Shown here piece after piece: positions 46,240 through 60,230 of a stretch of 64,000 nt of DNA. Each line of letters opens with the position of its first letter. Positions within the stretch are counted from its first letter, which is position 1. The stretch comes from Tubulanus polymorphus (taxonomy: Eukaryota; Animalia; Nemertea): assembly GCF_964204645.1 (NCBI RefSeq), contig NC_134033.1, forward strand, positions 9,556,655 through 9,620,654, read 5' to 3'. Position numbers and translations under genes: made by a program. The notes below the pieces were generated by a model that searched no databases, was not told the origin of the DNA, and saw only the letters and a list, made by a program, of their open reading frames with translations.

Positions 46240-47565
46240 TTAAAATTTAAAATATAATATTCCTCCGATTACAATTCCTTTACAAGTTAAAGCTAATTTA
46301 GCATTTTCATGGGATTTATTATCATCATCAGTTTTAATTATATCATGTTGAATATCATCAGTTTTAATATTTTCTGTAGTATTGTAATCTTTTATTTTAG
46401 AATCATTATCCAATTTAATATTCTTAGTTTTAGTTTCTGTTGATTGAATATGTTTTTTATTTTTTTCACCTTCCATTAATTTTGGAGCAGTGATAATCTT
46501 TTTATTTATATCATTTAATCCAAATGAATTATTTGTTGTTGCAGTTTTAATTAGATTATTATAACCAATTATGTTTCCCATCTTTAATACTAAATCATTA
46601 GAAATAATTAATAGATTAGGGCCTATACAATAATTTAGTCTTACATGAGATTTATCTAAACAATTTTGATATCTTACAATGTTTTCTGGAATCGATCTAT
46701 TTTTATCATTATGAATGGAATCTTCAAATAATACTTTGAATTGTTTCTGCGCATCAAATGAAGTGTTATCATTTCCAACTATTGGTGATCTTGTTTCAAC
46801 TTGAGCGCCTAAAATACATATAAAATAAGTTCTAATAGATTGATTTATTCTTTGTATTCCAGCTTTAGTAAAACCTTCACTATTTTCTAAAATGAAATTA
46901 ACCCAACCATTATTGTTTTGTTGTTGTATATTATTATAATATTTTGGTAATTCATTCCAATTTAGTGTTCTTATATCTGAATTTGTCATTATTTTTCCAA
47001 ATTCTTTAGTATATAATATTCCTAATCCACCCATTGTACCAATTTTTGCTCTAAAATCTTTATTTGAATTAATATTAAATTCATTACATATTTTATAAAA
47101 CTTAGAAAAATTTATATTATTATTCAATTCTTTAAAATATTTTGAACCTGGTAAAGGACATTCTAATTCATCTAATATTAATTTTATTTGAAAATATGTA
47201 TGAAATCTAAAAAGTGATAACATCAATGGTTAACTTGGTTTATTTAAATGATCATTCCAACTAATTCCACATTCTGTTGTTGCACAATAAACAGCAAAAT
47301 TTAATTGGTTCTGCCAATACTTCATATTAGATTTTAATAACCATTGTTTTGCCTCATTTAAATTTTTGAAATTAATTGTATACACATGAAATATATTTTC
47401 CATCTTAACATTAAAATAATCAGTTTCAGTAACATAAATATATAAATCAATTAATGAACTTAAAACTTCATTTCTATATGAAATATCTTTATTAAAATCT
47501 ATTGCTGGAATATTATATTTAATTGATTTATTATATTGGAAAGCTTTTGGAAAACTATCTACCAT
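46240..47565 (-). pseudogene. Homolog of the 460-aa anchored protein (copy C), one stop at 47230
   Basis: Two in-frame ORFs, 47230..47565 and 46240..47226. Confidence 0.85.
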
Positions 47566-47576
47566 TTATATAATTA

Positions 47577-50500
47577 AACAAGAGCCCCAAGGGGCACAAT
47601 GGCCAGCCTGTCAGATTTGCTTTTTATAAATGATGTAATCTGTGGGTTATATTTATCAATATACACTCCCTGCTCAATATCATTTACCTAGTAAAATCGT
47701 GTGTTAACACAGACAGCAGGAACGAATGTAATATAGAAATACTAAGTTATTGTATTGTTCAACGCCCCCTGGTGGCCATAAAAAAACCAATGAGCTTGAA
47801 ACTCACCTCGATCAGGGGCGGATCCAGACCGTATTAGCCGTATTGCCCAATACGGTCTAGAATTGTTAAGTGCCCTTCGAAATTTCACCGGCAATATTTT
47901 TGACGGCATTATTTCAGCAACCGCTAATTCCGTGTCCGTAATCCGGGCATAATTATAAATTAATCGGTAACATACTGCTGCCGAGAAAGTGAGGAGAGAT
48001 AATCATATTTGTATGGCCTTTAATCATGATAAATTAAATAGGGCACTCTCCTTTTGCAAGGGGCACTCATGCTTTAGATGAGGGCACCTTATCCTTGCCT
48101 TTTCAGGGAGGGCTAAAGGGGCACTCGTACTTTAGAAGAGGGCACTATACGCGGAAAATGTTGAAGAAAAGGGCACTTTTTTGCCTAATTTTTAAAATTT
48201 TAGGGGCACTTTTGGTTTGGAAGATGGCACACGACATGAGGATAAATGTGAAGACGAGGCAATTTTTGCCGATTGTTAACAATGAAGGAGCACTTAGCCG
48301 TATTCTGTATAATTGTTAAGGGGCACTTTTAAAGATTATAGGGGCACTAGGCGAAGTTGGCGACAACCATTCTTTCATGGGTTCGCCAGCTTGATTTTTT
48401 ATTCGCATCTGTTGAAATCTTGTCTCGAATTCGTTTTTTCTGGATTGCTCTGCTAGCCTCTAGTAGCCCTCTAAAAGCCTTTAAATGGTACCATATTTTC
48501 AAAATTTTCCAGACCCCCCTTTAAGGACTTCGCGCCTTTGGCGCTCGCTTTGACCTGGATACTGGGTGTGCCCTAAGATCAGAAAGGTGCCCTTCAATTT
48601 CCTTCCAATACTGTCTACCCATCCCCTTGGATCCGCCCCTGTCGATCATCGAACATGTCATGAGCTACAACTTTCCAATTGATTATAGTAGCAAAATATG
48701 CTTAAGTATCAATTATAATGTGGAAAAACTTTTTTTCCACCTACGAATGAGTACTTATGACCCCAAGATGGCCGCCAGTGCATCATAATTGCCTGGTCAA
48801 AAATACCCTCTCGGATATAAAAGATCCCTTTCCAAAGAATACCCATTACAAATTGCAATGAAACATGGCACACCATTAGAAAGCTACAGTACTCAGGATT
48901 CAGGCCAAAATTGACATTTTTGGGAACCAAAAAGGTCACAGTACGGCCATCTTGAGTCCGATTGACTCAATTTTTCTCATGCCGATGGGCCCTCGGGGAT
49001 ACAAATATATACGAATGATCAAGGTTATTGATAAAAGTGTCTTCAAAATTTCCCTCGAAAACTTCAAAAATGTGTAAAAAGTGCTGATTTTGGCTGCCAG
49101 TCGGCCATCTTGAATCTGACAGGGCCAGTTTTTGGCCTGAAGATGTGTCTAGGGTAGATACACGTATAAAACAAATATCAAGACATTACCTTAAAGCGTC
49201 TTCAAAACTTTGGAACTCTCACGAACTATATAGATGGTTATCTCTCGACCTCAATAGCTTCAAGACCCATTGTATTTAATTGTATTTAACATTTTTCGGC
49301 AGAATAAAATTTGATTGAATTTGCAATTCGGGCACATGGCTAATTAGCATATCAAGGTCATACACCCGATTTGGTAAAACCTTTTTTTCGCGAACCTTGC
49401 GCAATTGTCAAGGATGAATTTTCTGTAGAGCAAATAAAAATTCCTCCCAAACACCAAATCAACTAAAGATTTCATAGAAATCGATCTTGAAATACAATTT
49501 TAAATCTTAAAATAAAACCCGGAAGTAAAACAGTAGACGATACCGCGGATTCACGTGAACACCTGATTTCTGTAAACGAAATGTTGGTTGTGACAAAATT
49601 GTTCTGACGGTTTTAGGTGGTAATAAGTACGGAAACGTAACGACCATGGTTGACTTATTCGATGAAATCAGGCCTATGTGATATCCAAATTTTGACTTTT
49701 TTATTCTCCAGACCTCCCTGATATAGAAATGAAAAATTTTGGTGGTACGAAAGTGCAATCACAGCGCCGACGGGGACAGAGCCGTGTCAGAGATCGGCGG
49801 AGTGAAAATTGAGGTGGACGAACACGAAGAAGTAGGCTATTGCGCTACTTGAATCACGAAAACTCTTGGCGCGGCCCCGACGCTTTTCGTTGATTAAGTA
49901 ATACAAATATCATGCAATGGGTTTTCACAATCTACCGCTGGTATTTACCGGATTTCAATATCACTCCAAAATTCAAAGAAACCTCGAAATATCGAACCGG
50001 AACACTTCCGGTAGATATCCGCGGCTGCCCAACCGGGAAACTTATTTGTTTCAATAGATATTGATAGGATCCATCATCTTCACCCGTCAAGGGATTCGAA
50101 CCCACTAAGCTAAAGCCATGCCAGAATCGGGTCGGGCCAATCACAGCGCTTGTAACAAACCACATTAGGCTTCTGTGGAATTTCCCAGTAAATGGGCCAA
50201 TCAGCGAACACGTAGCGAACGCGGAAGTATTGTCGCGTGTTGATACATGACGTCATGCGCAAAAGCGCCAGTAATGAAATCGCGATAATTCACGTGAACA
50301 GCTGCTGATATTTTCAGATAAACCAATCACAGGGAAGACACAACTTCCTGATTGGCTGATAAAAATTGAAATTTTCCCGATTTATCTTTCGTGAAAAATG
50401 CAGAAAACATTTTTATGAGACCCTATTTCAAAATTCTGCTCGCTACGATTCCGAGAATGGATTACGCTTAAATACGTGATTTGTTCGAATATGCCCTCAC

Positions 50501-50590
50501 TTGGCAAGCAAAAGAGCCTTTTGTGTGGAAACCATGTCATTTAAATTCGCTCCATTTGTATAGTAATAGGCTCAGCCTACGGCTGGCCTA
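47577..50590 (+). mobile_element. Helentron/HINE-like composite insertion (about 3 kb) in an intergenic A-run of copy C
   Basis: Absent from B; starts AACAAGAGCCCCAAGGGGC; ends with the stem-loop ggctcagcctacggctggcc followed by an A-run; no TSD; homologous to 1-1075. Confidence 0.65.
47813..48641. mobile_element. MITE with 14-bp TIR CAGGGGCGGATCCA and 5-bp TSD TCGAT (hAT-like)
   Basis: TIRs at 47813-47826 and 48628-48641; TCGAT on both sides; repeated internal gggcact motifs. Confidence 0.85.
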
Positions 50591-50594
50591 AAAA

Positions 50595-51019
50595 TTAATA
50601 ATTAACTAATTCTTTTAATAATTTATCTTGTTCTTCAACTGTTATATGACCATTTAAACTTATTATATAATCTAGTGTATTCTTTAATTTATTAATTTCT
50701 TTTATATTAGTTTTAATTTTTTCTTTATTACTTTTTATATTTAATTTTGAACTTATACAGTTAAAACACTTGAACTTAATCCTAATACACCAATTGATAT
50801 AGCTAAAGGTGTTAATGGGCTGAATATTGCTAGAAATGTTATTACAGAACTAATTGTAACCGAACCACTAATAATAAGATAATATATAATTTCACTTTTT
50901 AAATATTTTTTCTTTTTAATTTTTAAGTCACTTTCAAATTTTAATATTTGTTTTTCTAAATTTATTTTTAATTTAGTTTTATTTATATCATGAGGAATAA
51001 TATCAATATTATCATCCAT
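50595..51019 (-). pseudogene. Two-TM membrane protein (copy C), frameshifted
   Basis: Homolog of 20888..21322. Confidence 0.8.
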
Positions 51020-51036
51020 TTATCAAAAATTACAAA

Positions 51037-51447
51037 TTAGTAAACTTATCAGCAACAAATATAACAATAACAGTTCCGCATAAAATCCATATTATTTCAT
51101 ATTTCTTCTGTTCATTACTTGGGGTATAATAATCTGATAATTTAGGTTTGTATAGATGTAATCTTTTTTATTTGTTACCGCGTTATATAAACTCATTGCA
51201 TCATCAACTGATCTCTATGTGAAATCTTCCGATCATATAATTCCTCGTTAATATAATCCATATAGTTTTGTCTTTTTTCTCTATATTCTTCTGCAGCTTT
51301 ATTGTATTTCTCTAATGCTAAGTTATGTCTTTTTTGTTCTGTTAATGATCCATTTTTATCAATATGTTTAAATAAATAACCGCCCCCAGTAAATGCTAAA
51401 GCGTTAACAATTGCCGATCCTATAATAGTTATAACTGCAGAAGCCAT
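51037..51447 (-). pseudogene. Homolog of the 140-aa membrane protein (copy C), frameshifted
   Basis: Homolog of 20446..20868. Confidence 0.8.
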
Positions 51448-51471
51448 TTATTTAGTAAAATAATTACGCAT

Positions 51472-51693
51472 TTATATAGGAGGAATATATTTTTGTTTTT
51501 CTAGATAATCAATAGTTAAATTAGATAAAGTAACTGCTAATGTTAATTTTAAGATATCATTTATATCAAATCTATCAACATTAACACTTCCCATTTTAAA
51601 TACTTTTTTTAATACCATTGAATAACCAACAGTTCCAACTGATAGTAATGCGCCATTATATAATCCAGTTATTATCCACTTATTATCACTCAT
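51472..51693 (-). CDS. Small hydrophobic 73-aa protein (copy C, intact)
   Basis: Conserved with 20199..20420; TAAATG start. Confidence 0.75.
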   Translation of the reverse strand: MSDNKWIITGLYNGALLSVGTVGYSMVLKKVFKMGSVNVDRFDINDILKLTLAVTLSNLTIDYLEKQKYIPPI

Positions 51694-51718
51694 TTATTTA
51701 TCAAAAAAATTACTATCT

Positions 51719-52051
51719 TCAAAAATATTTATTTAACTTAGTTATAATTATTTCAACATTTATTTCATTACTAGTTTCATTTGTATATATTTCAATTATT
51801 ATTTTTTTAATATAATCGATGATAAAATCTTCATCTAATTCATAAAATCTTAAAGATTCTCTAATTAAATTAGTAATCTTTTCTACATTTAAAGTTTCTT
51901 TATCTATTGTTTTTTCATACTCAAATGTTGTTTCATTAGAAAATGCAATATTTTTAATATGTGTAATTACATCATTAATGTTAAATTTCATTTCTTTCTC
52001 ATGTTTAAAATCAAACCCAAAACATATACTCGGTCCAACAGTTATATTCAT
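51719..52051 (-). CDS. Hypothetical Polinton protein (copy C)
   Basis: Homolog of 19857..20198. Confidence 0.7.
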   Translation of the reverse strand: MNITVGPSICFGFDFKHEKEMKFNINDVITHIKNIAFSNETTFEYEKTIDKETLNVEKITNLIRESLRFYELDEDFIIDYIKKIIIEIYTNETSNEINVEIIITKLNKYF

Positions 52052-52067
52052 TTATATAATGAAAAAA

Positions 52068-52822
52068 TTACTCTCTACATCTTATAACTAATTCATATAT
52101 CACAGGAAAGTTATTCAAATCAATTAAATATCCATTATGATTTCTTATTTCTAATTTAAAATTATTAAATTTAGGAATGCAAGGTTTAAAATCACATTCT
52201 GTTAAATTATAATTTATTTGAGTTCCAAATTGTTTAACATTTTTAGCGGTAAAATATTTAGTATACTAGAACTACAAATTGTTTCTTTAGTTGCTTCGAA
52301 AGTTTTTGTAGGCTCGATTAAATTGCAATAAATATAAAAGTGTGTAAAAGGTATTATATTTGAGCTGCCTTCTGCGTTTCCAGTAACTGTAAGCGGTTTA
52401 ATTCCTAACATTTTAGCCAGTGGTTTGTTTACCATAAATTTATGTTGTTCATTAGAAATGTTTATTCTTAATTTATTAGTACTATCAATTTTATTAAATT
52501 TAATTTCAAATACAGAAGTGCCCCCGATTTTCAACCGAGCTCTTCTATTAATTTCCTGCGCTAATGATTCTAAATTATATAATCCTGGTTTTAAAAATAT
52601 ATGAAACCATTTATCTTTATTTCTCATATAAATCATAAACCCTCTATGTTCAAAAGTTTTATCCGATATATTATAAAAAGAATTACATAAACTTATATTT
52701 ACTAATTTTAAATCAACACAATTCTTGAATTCTCTATCTAATTGTACTAGTAAGTTATGTGATTTATAATTTGTAAGTCTTCTAGAATCAACAAATATTC
52801 TGTATTCTTTTAATTCTACCAT
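52068..52822 (-). pseudogene. Minor capsid (penton-like) protein (copy C), frameshift near 52243
   Basis: Homolog of 19081..19840, broken at a different position. Confidence 0.8.
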
Positions 52823-52827
52823 TTATT

Positions 52828-53190
52828 TTACATATTTTTTTCGAAATCTATTTCATGGTGCCCCTTTTCATTCTTACCTTTGTATACGAAATAGAAATCT
52901 CCAGAACATAATTCTTCTAGATCTTCACTTGATAATCTATGAAATCTATCCGGTAAATATGTTCTGAATTTATACGTATTTCCTTTTAATCCTTCATATT
53001 CTAAGTGTATAACTAATTTATCTCCATATTTGTTAGTAACTGTATCAATATTTGTAATTAGATATTTATTATGGATTATTAATTCTTTTAACTTCTTAAA
53101 TTTATAATCTACTGATTTGACATTTGAAGTATCTTTTATTCTATCTAGGAATGATTTGTTGTTCTCACTGTGTGCTTGTTTACTCTCCAT
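52828..53190 (-). CDS. Small conserved polB-adjacent protein (copy C)
   Basis: Homolog of 18724..19065. Confidence 0.7.
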   Translation of the reverse strand: MESKQAHSENNKSFLDRIKDTSNVKSVDYKFKKLKELIIHNKYLITNIDTVTNKYGDKLVIHLEYEGLKGNTYKFRTYLPDRFHRLSSEDLEELCSGDFYFVYKGKNEKGHHEIDFEKNM

Positions 53191-53219
53191 TAATAATACA
53201 TATTTTTATTAAAATTTGA

Positions 53220-56200
53220 TTAACACGTTAGAATTCTTTTCATAACCTCATTCTCTTTTGTTTCTTCTCTGTTGAACTTTAGATATTCATCTAAATTACA
53301 ACCATAAGCAACTGTATGAATTCCATCATCCAGAATATATCTTTTATCATCAAATGGGTTTAGACTAATCTTTTCAATTTCTTCAATAAACATTTCATGA
53401 TCTTCAGATCTTAAACATCTCATTTTATGTTTTCTAACTTCTTCATTGAATATACAATTGATGTAATCTTTGAAATGAATATTCTTTTCTACTACACTTT
53501 TGGTTATTCCTTTTCACTTTTTAGCTTCATGTTCTTTAGTTTTATATGAATACATTTTAGATCTAATACCGATGAATTCAATCATTTCTTCACCACCTAA
53601 TTCATCTTTGAATTTACCAGGAACTTTTTTATTATCATTGCTAAATAATTCATGATTTTTAGGATAATTACTGAAATCAAAATGATTTTTTAATGTTTTC
53701 AAATCATCTGTTATGTTATTAGTTTTTATCTATAATATGTAAGAATCTGTATCAAAATATAATATTTCTATATGTTTTTCTCCAAAAAGTGGTTGTAATA
53801 CATTATAATAGAATTCATACATTAGTAATTTTGATATTTCTAAAACTGAAGCACCAACATAGATTGGTTTATTAAATTTCATAGATGTTCTTCTCATTTA
53901 AACTGCAGCTAAATTTTCATCAAATATTCTGTTACCTCTAAATTTAGGGTATGTTTGTAAATGCCTTATCCTTTTGCCATTACTTACTAACTCAATATCA
54001 TTTCTATTTCTAATATTTTAACAAGTCTTACCATAGAATGCATTATTCATTAACTTGAAGAAATCTTTCTCGAAATCAGTTTTAGCTTCAGTTCTCTGTT
54101 TGGTGTTAAAATCTATATATTTTTCTAACCACTTAGATTGACTAAATGAAATATATCTATGTACTTTTTTAGAACCATTCCTTGGTTCAAATAAAACTTC
54201 AACATTCTATAATGTACTACATAATTATATCTATCTTCTTGAGTTACCATTAACTTTTCTGTATGAATAAGATTTTCGGGTTTAATTCTTTTTTGATAAT
54301 TTGATAATTCTTCATGAGTTACAGTTTTATGTTCGGGGCAGTATGCTAGATTTCTAGATTTAAATTTAATATGTTCAGGATATTCCAAATCTACAACATA
54401 GAAGTAACCAGTCTCTGAATCATCTGCAATATCTAGGATTCTTTTCTTCCAATCAAATTTATAATTATTTTCATGTTGTAAAACTTCACTTATTTCAAAT
54501 ACTCCATAAGGTTGTGGTTCCATCATTGGCCAACCATAAAGATTATTTGCATCTATATATAATAACTTATATCCAGGGTTATCATTTACATTGAAATATC
54601 TATCCCCTAATACACCTGAAACTTCTCCTCTTATAGATTTTTCAAATAATAGTAATTGATCTATATTTGTTAACAAATCCATTTTTATATCTGTAAATTT
54701 TAAACCACAATCCCATGTTAAACCTGGACTAGAATAACAATGACAAGGATCAATGTTAAAATATTTTAGGTTTACATCTCTAAACCTTTCAAATATATCA
54801 GTTAATAATAATACATCTGATTTTAAATATAAATCTACTAATTGTCCATGATTTTCTATTTTGAAATGATTCCAAATATTCAATGTTCTATTATAGACTT
54901 AATCTTTAACATATTCATTTTTTAATTCATCATAGAATTGTTCTTTCAATTATTCAGTTATGTTAAAATCATTATGATTTTTATAGAAAGAATATGGAAT
55001 TGCGCCTTTATATCTCATTAATTGGAAATCATCATTATTTGGATAATATTGCTTTAATATTCTTAATTCATCATCAACTAATGATTTTGATAAGTTATCT
55101 AATGAACTATTTAAAAATCTATATGAATCTATAAATCTTAAACACCCAAATTGGAATGATATATAATTCTCAGATGTTTTAGCTAAAATTTTAAATTTAT
55201 AAGTTGGTATTTTATCTTTTGATCTATTTGAATTTAATCTTTCTATTTCATTATTAATTTCTTCTATTTCATGGCATAACTGTTTGATGAATAAATGTGC
55301 ATCATATCCTGATAGATTATGAAATATAACTGGTACAAAGTTAATTTTCTTAGCTTGTAAGTTACAATTCTCATGCGCAGCACCTCTAAACTTTCCATTC
55401 AAATGATCATGGTCTCTTACTTTTTTATCTTTATAATTAAATATCTTTTCACAATAATAACATTTATCTGCAAACTCAAATGCCTCTTTATCTTCTTCTG
55501 TCATTATAATTTCTATATTTTTATTTAACTTTTCATTAAATTTTATTTCATATTCAATTAATAAGTCACAAAAATGATTGATAACATTTTCATTTCTATA
55601 ATGATAATATTCACTTTCAATTAGTTCTGGATAATCAGATTTTATATATAACCCGAAAGCAGCAGCTGATTGATGAATCTTTTTAATAGTATTTGTTATT
55701 GGTGGTTCTTCTGAAAAATCATTTTCAATAGAATTTAATTTCTTTCTTTTATAATATATTTCTTTTCTATCTTGATCAGTTAATTCTTTATTTAATGATT
55801 CAAAATCTCCATATATGACAAATGGAACTTAATTTTGTAATCATATTTTTTGAATTCTAATATTTTATCCTTTTCATTTGGTAAAACTAATTTACAATAA
55901 TCATGATTTTCACATAATTGTTTATGATTTAATAATGCACTTTCAGTTCTGAATTTATGTAAACATTTTCTACATAGATATATTTTATTATCAAAATCAT
56001 TTTCTGATTTAAAAAATAAATCAATTCTTTTAATCCACATATAATGATTCTCATAATATAATATATCTATAACATCGTTTGAATCATAATCTTTTGATAG
56101 GTATAAAGGTTGTAATGTATAATGTTTTATATTGTTACCTTTTGTATTTGGCAATTTGATTAAATCAAATACATTTATCTTTATATTATTATCTCTTTCT

Positions 56201-57243
56201 ATTTTTGGGATATTTTTAATTCTAACAGGATAATTATCTATCTTATAATTATTTTCAAATGGTTTATAATGAGTTAATCTACAAATATTATCTGTTGCAG
56301 GATGTAAGCAACTAATTATAGCCCATAGAAAACATTTATCATCAAAATTTTGTACATTTATTACAGCATTAGTTTTAAATGGTAGTTTAATATAACTCGA
56401 TGCTTCAATATCTGGTTCTTTATAATATGATACATTATTTTCATCATTTGGTTTTGATTTAGTTAACTTATTATATTTTGTGTTATAAACATGTAAAGTC
56501 ATAAATATTATTTCATCAAATATTAAACCTGATCCTTCAAAATATTTCTCTTCTATTTTAGTTTTTACTTCATTATAACATTTATCTAATTTATCATCTA
56601 TATGTTGTTTTGAAATAATATGTTGTGAATGAGAATTTATATTATATATTGGTTTATCTTCAGATTTTATGAATTTAACTTAAGAAGATATACTTATTTT
56701 AGGATATTCAACATCAGTTATTATTTTTATAATATTTTTCATATTTTCTAAATGATTTTATTTTCTTCTAATGTTTTTCCTGTATGAAATTTAAACTCAA
56801 TAGCTGCTGGACCAATATCACTTTTAAATGCTTCGGTTATCTCTATATCTTTTTTATTATCTAATGAATTAATATAATTTCTTACATCTTCAAGTATGGT
56901 CTTTTATTGTTTAATTTATTTCTTATTCTTTTAATTGTCTTATGTTTCTTATCATTATCAAAATAATCTTCACCTAAAATATCATTATTCATATTTCTAA
57001 TATCGCTTTTAGATTTTAAATGTTCATTATAATATCTTTTATCACAGAATGATTGATTACATGTATCACATTTGTATGTTTCTTTTCAATCTTCAATTCT
57101 TCTAATTTAGTTTCTAATATATCATCTTTATATTCTAATTTAAATTTATTTTCTAAATGTGTTTAAGTTTTATTGTGTCTTGCTTTTTGGGATTCATCTA
57201 TATTGATTTTACATGTTGGACAGTAGTACTTATTTGCTTCCAT
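53220..57243 (-). pseudogene. polB: Protein-primed PolB (copy C), multiple frameshifts and stops
   Basis: Colinear with the copy B polB from the ATG at 57243. Confidence 0.95.
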
Positions 57244-57306
57244 GTTAATACTAAATTTTTTATTAAAATTGATTTTAGAAGTTCAATGATTTAAATATGT
57301 ATTTTT

Positions 57307-57915
57307 TCAATCACACTTTACTAACACTTTTAATGTTTAAAAATCTAACTCATACAAATATAAATATTGAAATAATGTTTAAAATATATCTATATATCTA
57401 TTCTATAAGAGCTCGTACTCTCGTACTCTGGCTTGAAAGCCTACTTTTCTAATTACTTATATATGTTATTCATTTATTTTTTATCGATGTATATGAATAT
57501 TTTAAGAGTAATAGGGGTTTAGTTGTTCTAGGTTAAAGGTTGAATGGTCGAGTTCATTAAAAACAAATATCAAAAGTAATTTAAAACTATAATATATTTT
57601 CATAGTCGTGTGTATTTTAGTTAGATAATAGAATAATTATTATTATTTGAATATATTTGATTATATGAATTTGTGTATTGTAAATAAATCAATATGTCGC
57701 GGAGCGGAGCTTCAGCGAAGCGGAGCGACCAATTGATTTAATACAATATGCTTTTAAAATTTAAATTATTAATATCTTAGAATAAATGTTTAGTTATAAT
57801 ATAAAATACACACGGCTATGAAAATATATTATAGTTTTAAATTACTTTTAATATTTGTTTTTTAATGAGCTCGACCGTTCGACCTTTGATCTAGAACAAC
57901 TAAACCCCTATTACT
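57307..57915 (-). repeat. polB-side TIR of copy C with fold-back hairpin
   Basis: Inverse of 41475-42058. Confidence 0.93.
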
Positions 57916-58141
57916 CTTGTGCTAGCTAAGTATATGGCCAGCGAGGCCGGTTACATTTTTGACTAGAATGTGTTACATGTAGTTTGGCCTTGGTTTAAGT
58001 ATGTCTTATTATTAACAGCGAATACTGCTCACAAATTCATACATTTTATTATTGTTATTATTGAGATATCTCAGGCTGCTACACTTGTATTATAGTAAGC
58101 TTTTATCATTGTTATCTGATCGACTGCACGTGATATGCACT

Positions 58142-58762
58142 AAATCTCTTGCCCTTGGATCTTTAGAGGTCTCTGCAGGTCTTTACTTCGGTTCTTTAAC
58201 CCTTGTTTGGCTCAAGCGTTTGGGAATTTCCTCGTCGTTCTCAGGGTGACTCATACCCTAGTGGACTTCACGCGAGTTCGACTGGGGCTTCCCACCCCTG
58301 GTTATATTTTGTATTAATTGACGCAATTCTCTGCTTTCATCTTTATTGCTTATTTATTTTTTTCCTTGGCTACCGGGGTGGGTTTTTGCCCCAGGTCGAA
58401 CTTGCACTGTGGAATCCTACCATCAAGAAGCAGCTGTTCAAACTCACAATTTGGTCAACCGGCAAATTTCTTGCCCATGGATCTTTAGAGGTCTCTGCAT
58501 GTCTTTACCTCGGTTCTTTAACCCTTGTTTGGCTCGGGCGTTTGGGACTTTACTCGTCGTTCTCAGGGTGACTTATACCCTAGTGGACTTTGTTCACGCG
58601 AGTTCGGCCTGGGGCTTCCCAACCCTGGTTATATTTTGTATGAATAGACGCAATTTTCTGCATTTATCTTTATTGCTTATTTAATTATTCTTGGCTACCG
58701 GGGTGGGTTTTTGCCCCAGGTGGAACATACACTGTGGTAGTCTACCATCAAGAAGCAGCTGC
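58142..58762. repeat. Tandem duplication of an about 323-bp unit within the split-repeat element
   Basis: tcttgccc.tggatctttagaggtctctgca...taccatcaagaagcagctg occurs twice. Confidence 0.88.
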
Positions 58763-60230
58763 CTGATTGTTTAGACCTGTGTTTGGATATCTATCGCTTA
58801 CATACACAAGTCCCGTTCTCTCATGACTTTGTAAGTTTAGGGAAGTGAGGTTTGTTGTTAAGCCTATAAGCTTGTTTGGAAATATCTAGACGTCTTCCCA
58901 TCCCTCTCTCTTTTTGTTGATGAGTTTTGGGAGAAGGAGAGAGGCATGAGAAAGGGAAAAAGGATAGATAGTCGCCACATCTGATCATCTGGGTCCCTAC
59001 ATATTCAATCGGAATGGGAAAGTCATTTCCTCCCAATACTCTATAGTGGACGAGTATACATAGGGGGAGTTGATGTCACTGGGGAAACGGATAGTTTCTC
59101 AGTGACATCAGCGACACCAGTGTAATAATCTGACACTACACAGTTTGCCTGAAGACTCGGTGGACGATGAGTCCGTATTGTGGCTGGATGGACCCTCACG
59201 TTTCCCCTCTGGTGTTGACTTACGATCCGCTTTTTGGCTCCCTCCCACCCTCCCTATCTCTAGCTTTCTTGCCTCCATTTACATTCGTCCGCGAAAAGTC
59301 ATTTCCTCCCAATACTCTATAGTGGACGAGTATACATAGGGGGAGTTGATGTCACTGGGGAAACGGATACATTCATTAAATGGTACTTATCAGATATAAT
59401 TCACATATCCGAGCTCGAAATATTCCATCTTACAAAACAACGAAAAGAACGAGTCGTTGTACTGATGCACTATGCACTAAGCGAAGTTTGAATGAGTCGT
59501 GGTGGAAGATAATTATACAACAGTTAGTTGCATGAACAAAGGAATAATTACCTGATCATGTACACAATGGCCCTATAGGCTCGAAACTAGAATAGCACGA
59601 TAATAATTAGGCCCAAAGCATTACGTTACTTTGAATGTTCACTATACTCTATGTTTTTATGGAACAGAAAATTTACAATGACTTCAACTTCAAAACACAA
59701 TTCTCATTTTTGAGCTGCATTAGAACTTTGAATTTACTAGTTCTTTTTAAACCGCACAGTCTATCCAGAAACGCAGAGAGTTTAGAACAGTTTAATTGTT
59801 TTTTAAAGCAATAAATGTTTTTTCCCCTGCCGTCTCTCCATAAAACCTAGTCGATGTCTTAGACTAGCAAATCAAGTTATTCAGTCTCTCTACGTATTGT
59901 TATCACAAGTTAAAGGGGTACACCACACATTTTAAACATACAACATGAAATAAATTTTAATAAAAAACAAATTCTCGCACGCTCGAATTTATTTTTTATT
60001 TTTTACTCACACAACCTTTCAACCTTTAATCTGAAACAACATATATACAATTACTCTAATATTTATATATATGAAAATCATATTTAAATGAAATCAATTT
60101 TAAAATTTGTAAAATAAATGGAGAGGAAACAAGTACACAGTGAGAACAACAAATCTTTTTTAGATAGAATCAAAGATATACCAATGCTAAATCTGTAGAT
60201 TATAAATTCAAAAAGTTAAATGAATTAACA

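Larger units (their letters stand above)
41475..57915 (-). mobile_element. Polinton/Maverick-like element copy C (inverted; internal deletion removes integrase and ATPase)
   Basis: 6-bp TSD CTTGTG (41469-41474 and 57916-57921); TIRs 41475-42058 and 57307-57915. Confidence 0.96.
40898..59369 (+). mobile_element. Non-autonomous split-direct-repeat element (DIRS/Ngaro/PAT-type architecture A1...B1A2..B2), about 2 kb excluding nested copy C
   Basis: A1 40898-40961 matches A2 59091-59154; B1 59019-59093 matches B2 59295-59369; ATA is shared at all junctions; no coding remnants recognised. Confidence 0.7.

Noticed and set aside
58052-59339. Short ORFs as possible DIRS gag/RT/YR remnants
   Set aside because: No recognisable RT, RNase H or tyrosine recombinase motifs; the ORFs lie in a tandem duplication.
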